Shown here piece by piece: positions 1 to 750 of a stretch of DNA of 750 nt. Location of the stretch: NCBI RefSeq assembly GCF_003334255.1, contig NZ_QOWU01000193.1. One strand, given 5' to 3'. The position numbers were made by a program, and so were the translations under genes. Under the pieces are notes generated by a model, which was not told where the DNA came from, did not search any database, and worked only from the letters and a program-made list of their open reading frames with translations. The DNA comes from Escherichia coli (GTDB taxonomy: Bacteria; Pseudomonadota; Gammaproteobacteria; Enterobacterales; Enterobacteriaceae). The number at the start of each line of letters is the position of its first letter. The stretch's first letter is position 1.

Positions 1-98
1 TAGCCGAAGGGGTCGACAGAACCACAATACGGGCAACACACTGTATTATGAGTAATCGCGTTTCCACAGTCCCTGCACTTCTTTTTGCGTATCACCAT
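1..98 (-). CDS. Candidate small zinc-ribbon protein (CxxC-x9-CCxxC), divergently oriented; C-terminal end at or beyond the left window edge
   Basis: Seen in sequence: reverse-complement ATG at 96-98, preceded on the - strand by AGGAGG (+ coords 104-109, 'cctcct') with a 5-nt spacer; frame open down to position 3 (32 codons: MVIRKKKCRDCGNAITHNTVCCPYCGSVDPFG). The next codon starts TA (positions 1-2) with its third base outside the window, so it is either a stop (giving a 32-aa protein) or Tyr. Four-Cys spacing C8-x2-C11-x9-C21C22-x2-C25 is typical of a zinc ribbon. Short and not verifiable by homology here, so moderate confidence. Confidence 0.45.
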   Translation of the reverse strand, partial: MVIRKKKCRDCGNAITHNTVCCPYCGSVDPFG

Positions 99-103
99 CA
101 CTC

Positions 104-109
104 CCTCCT
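104..109 (-). promoter_or_regulatory. Shine-Dalgarno (AGGAGG) for the - strand small ORF starting at 98
   Basis: + strand 'cctcct' at 104-109 is AGGAGG on the - strand, 5 nt upstream of the - strand ATG (96-98); seen directly. Confidence 0.5.
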
Positions 110-129
110 CACAGCCTTACCCGTAACCG

Positions 130-148
130 GTTTTTTACATTAAAAAAC
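130..148. repeat. Perfect AT-rich inverted repeat, 8-bp arms with 3-nt spacer (GTTTTTTA-CAT-TAAAAAAC); function unknown, candidate operator or promoter-associated site
   Basis: Seen in sequence: 130-137 'gtttttta' is the exact reverse complement of 141-148 'taaaaaac'; flanking bases (129 g / 149 g) do not extend the symmetry. Immediately adjacent to the palindrome AACCGGTT (125-132). Lies about 32 nt upstream of the - strand ORF start. Confidence is for the repeat itself, not for any function. Confidence 0.85.
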
Positions 149-268
149 GACGCTGAAAATTCAACCGTCAGTCCGGAGACGACCGTTCGGGTTATCACAG
201 AGTGCCTGAGACAGTGTCCTGCCGGAGGTCACTTCAGGGACTCTGCGTATTTTTTACGACGTGGCTAT

Positions 269-287
269 TCCGTATGAACCATACGGA
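269..287. repeat. Perfect inverted repeat, 8-bp arms with 3-nt spacer (TCCGTATG-AAC-CATACGGA), overlapping the Shine-Dalgarno of the + CDS; candidate operator or RBS-occluding hairpin
   Basis: Seen in sequence: 269-276 'tccgtatg' is the exact reverse complement of 280-287 'catacgga'; symmetry ends at 268/288. The right arm covers G285-G286-A287 of the GGAG Shine-Dalgarno; the element ends 9 nt before ATG 297. Confidence is for the repeat itself, not for any function. Confidence 0.85.
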
Positions 288-288
288 G
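285..288 (+). promoter_or_regulatory. Shine-Dalgarno (GGAG) for the + CDS starting at 297
   Basis: GGAG at 285-288, 8 nt upstream of ATG 297; seen directly. Confidence 0.6.
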
Positions 289-296
289 ATTTAACC

Positions 297-750
297 ATGA
301 CCTACAAATACAACCCCTTCTGGCAGCAACGTATTCGTGAGACGGTGCGGCACGCACTGAATGTTCATCCCCGCCTGACGGCATTGCGGGTTGACCTGCG
401 TCTCCCGGATGTACCGGCAGCAACGGACGCAGCTGTGATATCCCGCTTCATCAATGCCCTGAAAGCCCGAATCGACGCTTACCAGAAACGTAAGCATCGG
501 GAAGGTAAACGCGTGCATCCCACAACCCTGCATTACGTCTGGGCCCGGGAGTTTGGGGAGTGCAAAGGTAAAAAACACTATCACCTGATGCTGCTGGTCA
601 ACCGGGATACCTGGTGTCGTGCCGGTGATTACCGCGCTCCGGAGTCTCTGGCCGGGATGATTAAACAGGCGTGGTGCAGTGCCCTGGGAGTGGATGTCGG
701 GTGCCATGCCACGCTGGTGCATTTTCCGGCCTGGCCGGCGGTGTGGCTGG
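297..750 (+). CDS. Putative replication-initiator-like protein with HUH-type motif, YagK/YfjJ-like ('inovirus Gp2 family'-like); N-terminal 151 codons, 3' end beyond window
   Basis: Seen in sequence: ATG at 297-299 preceded by GGAG (285-288) with an 8-nt spacer; frame open from 297 to 750 with no stop (my own translation: MTYKYNPFWQQRIRETVRHALNVHPRLTALRVDLRLPDVPAATDAAVISRFINALKARIDAYQKRKHREGKRVHPTTLHYVWAREFGECKGKKHYHLMLLVNRDTWCRAGDYRAPESLAGMIKQAWCSALGVDVGCHATLVHFPAWPAVWL). Codon usage is enterobacterial-like (12 of 13 Leu are CTG, G/C-rich third positions). In-frame stop TGA at 207-209 bounds the 5' side, so 297 is the first ATG after the stop. Family assignment is from recollection of the YagK/YfjJ family plus the HUH-like motif at aa 94-101; not verified by any search. 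Confidence refers to this being a real CDS; the family call alone is about 0.5. Confidence 0.82.
   Translation, partial: MTYKYNPFWQQRIRETVRHALNVHPRLTALRVDLRLPDVPAATDAAVISRFINALKARIDAYQKRKHREGKRVHPTTLHYVWAREFGECKGKKHYHLMLLVNRDTWCRAGDYRAPESLAGMIKQAWCSALGVDVGCHATLVHFPAWPAVWL

Larger units (their letters stand above)
99..296. promoter_or_regulatory. Divergent intergenic control region between the - strand ORF (start 98) and the + strand CDS (start 297); presumed to hold both promoters
   Basis: Inference from gene arrangement: two oppositely oriented start codons 198 bp apart, each with its own Shine-Dalgarno, and two palindromes in between. I could not identify convincing sigma70 -35/-10 hexamers by eye (best + strand candidates such as TTTACA 134-139 with GAAAAT 155-160 have sub-optimal spacing), so promoter positions are not called. 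Confidence 0.4.

Noticed and set aside
119-136. Possible intrinsic terminator (short GC stem followed by T6 at 131-136)
   Set aside because: The only stem available is about 3 bp (CCG/CGG), far too weak for a Rho-independent terminator. A terminator is also not expected between two divergently transcribed start sites; the T-run is better explained as one arm of the AT-rich palindrome.
48-143. + strand small ORF (ATG 48 to TAA 141-143, MSNRVSTVPALLFAYHHHSLLTALPVTGFLH); the same frame is open from the left window edge
   Set aside because: No Shine-Dalgarno upstream of ATG 48 and an odd composition; it overlaps, on the opposite strand, the zinc-ribbon ORF, which has a strong Shine-Dalgarno and a coherent motif. 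It cannot be fully excluded as the C-terminus of an upstream + strand gene, but it is the less likely reading.
120-190. Short recurring AACCG/GACCG/CCGT motifs (about 125-129, 163-167, 181-185) as possible iterons or an origin
   Set aside because: Motifs are only 4-5 bp, irregularly spaced and inconsistently oriented; occurrence at this frequency is plausible by chance in 200 bp. Not reportable without comparative data.
261-296. Alternative upstream in-frame start (GTG 261) for the + CDS, and a tiny out-of-frame ORF at ATG 274..TAA 292-294
   Set aside because: No Shine-Dalgarno in front of GTG 261; ATG 297 has a well-spaced GGAG. The 274-294 ORF is only 6 codons and sits inside the palindrome.
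291-722. 143-aa - strand ORF from the supplied six-frame track
   Set aside because: Lies entirely antisense to a better-supported + strand CDS (Shine-Dalgarno, codon bias, recognisable motif). Its own translation is rich in Cys/Gln/His/Pro with no recognisable motif, and there is no convincing Shine-Dalgarno upstream of its ATG (720-722). Typical shadow ORF of a GC-rich gene.
615-722. Cys/His cluster in the + protein (C107, C127, C136, H137, H142) as a possible metal-binding site
   Set aside because: Spacing does not match any canonical zinc-finger or zinc-ribbon pattern that I recognise; it could simply be composition. Needs homologue alignment before any claim.
1-750. Scan for tRNA, rRNA, CRISPR repeats, transposon terminal inverted repeats or att-site direct repeats
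   Set aside because: No tandem direct repeats with spacers, no cloverleaf-compatible segment and no long terminal inverted repeats were evident by eye. The only repeats are the two short palindromes reported above.

Overview
The window holds a divergent gene pair separated by a roughly 200-bp control region; no complete multi-gene system can be shown from 750 bp. (1) A + strand CDS starts at ATG 297 (GGAG Shine-Dalgarno at 285-288) and stays open to the window end (151 codons, 3' partial). It is absent from the supplied ORF track, which lists only its antisense shadow (291..722, -). The protein (MTYKYNPFWQQRIRETVRHALNVHPRLTALRVDLRLPD...KKHYHLMLLVNRD...) carries an HUH-like motif (H-Y-H-L-M-L-L-V) and, from memory only, resembles enterobacterial YagK/YfjJ ('inovirus Gp2 family') proteins of prophage-like integrative islands, so it is a probable rolling-circle-type replication initiator. 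(2) A - strand ORF starts at 98 (AGGAGG Shine-Dalgarno, 5-nt spacer) and runs to the left window edge; its 32 in-window residues (MVIRKKKCRDCGNAITHNTVCCPYCGSVDPFG) form a CxxC-x9-CCxxC zinc-ribbon-like motif. (3) The intergenic region contains two perfect 8-3-8 palindromes: an AT-rich one at 130-148 and one at 269-287 that overlaps the + gene's Shine-Dalgarno. No rRNA, tRNA, CRISPR array or transposon end is visible. The most defensible reading is that this is the replication/regulatory edge of a mobile island whose cargo lies outside the window.
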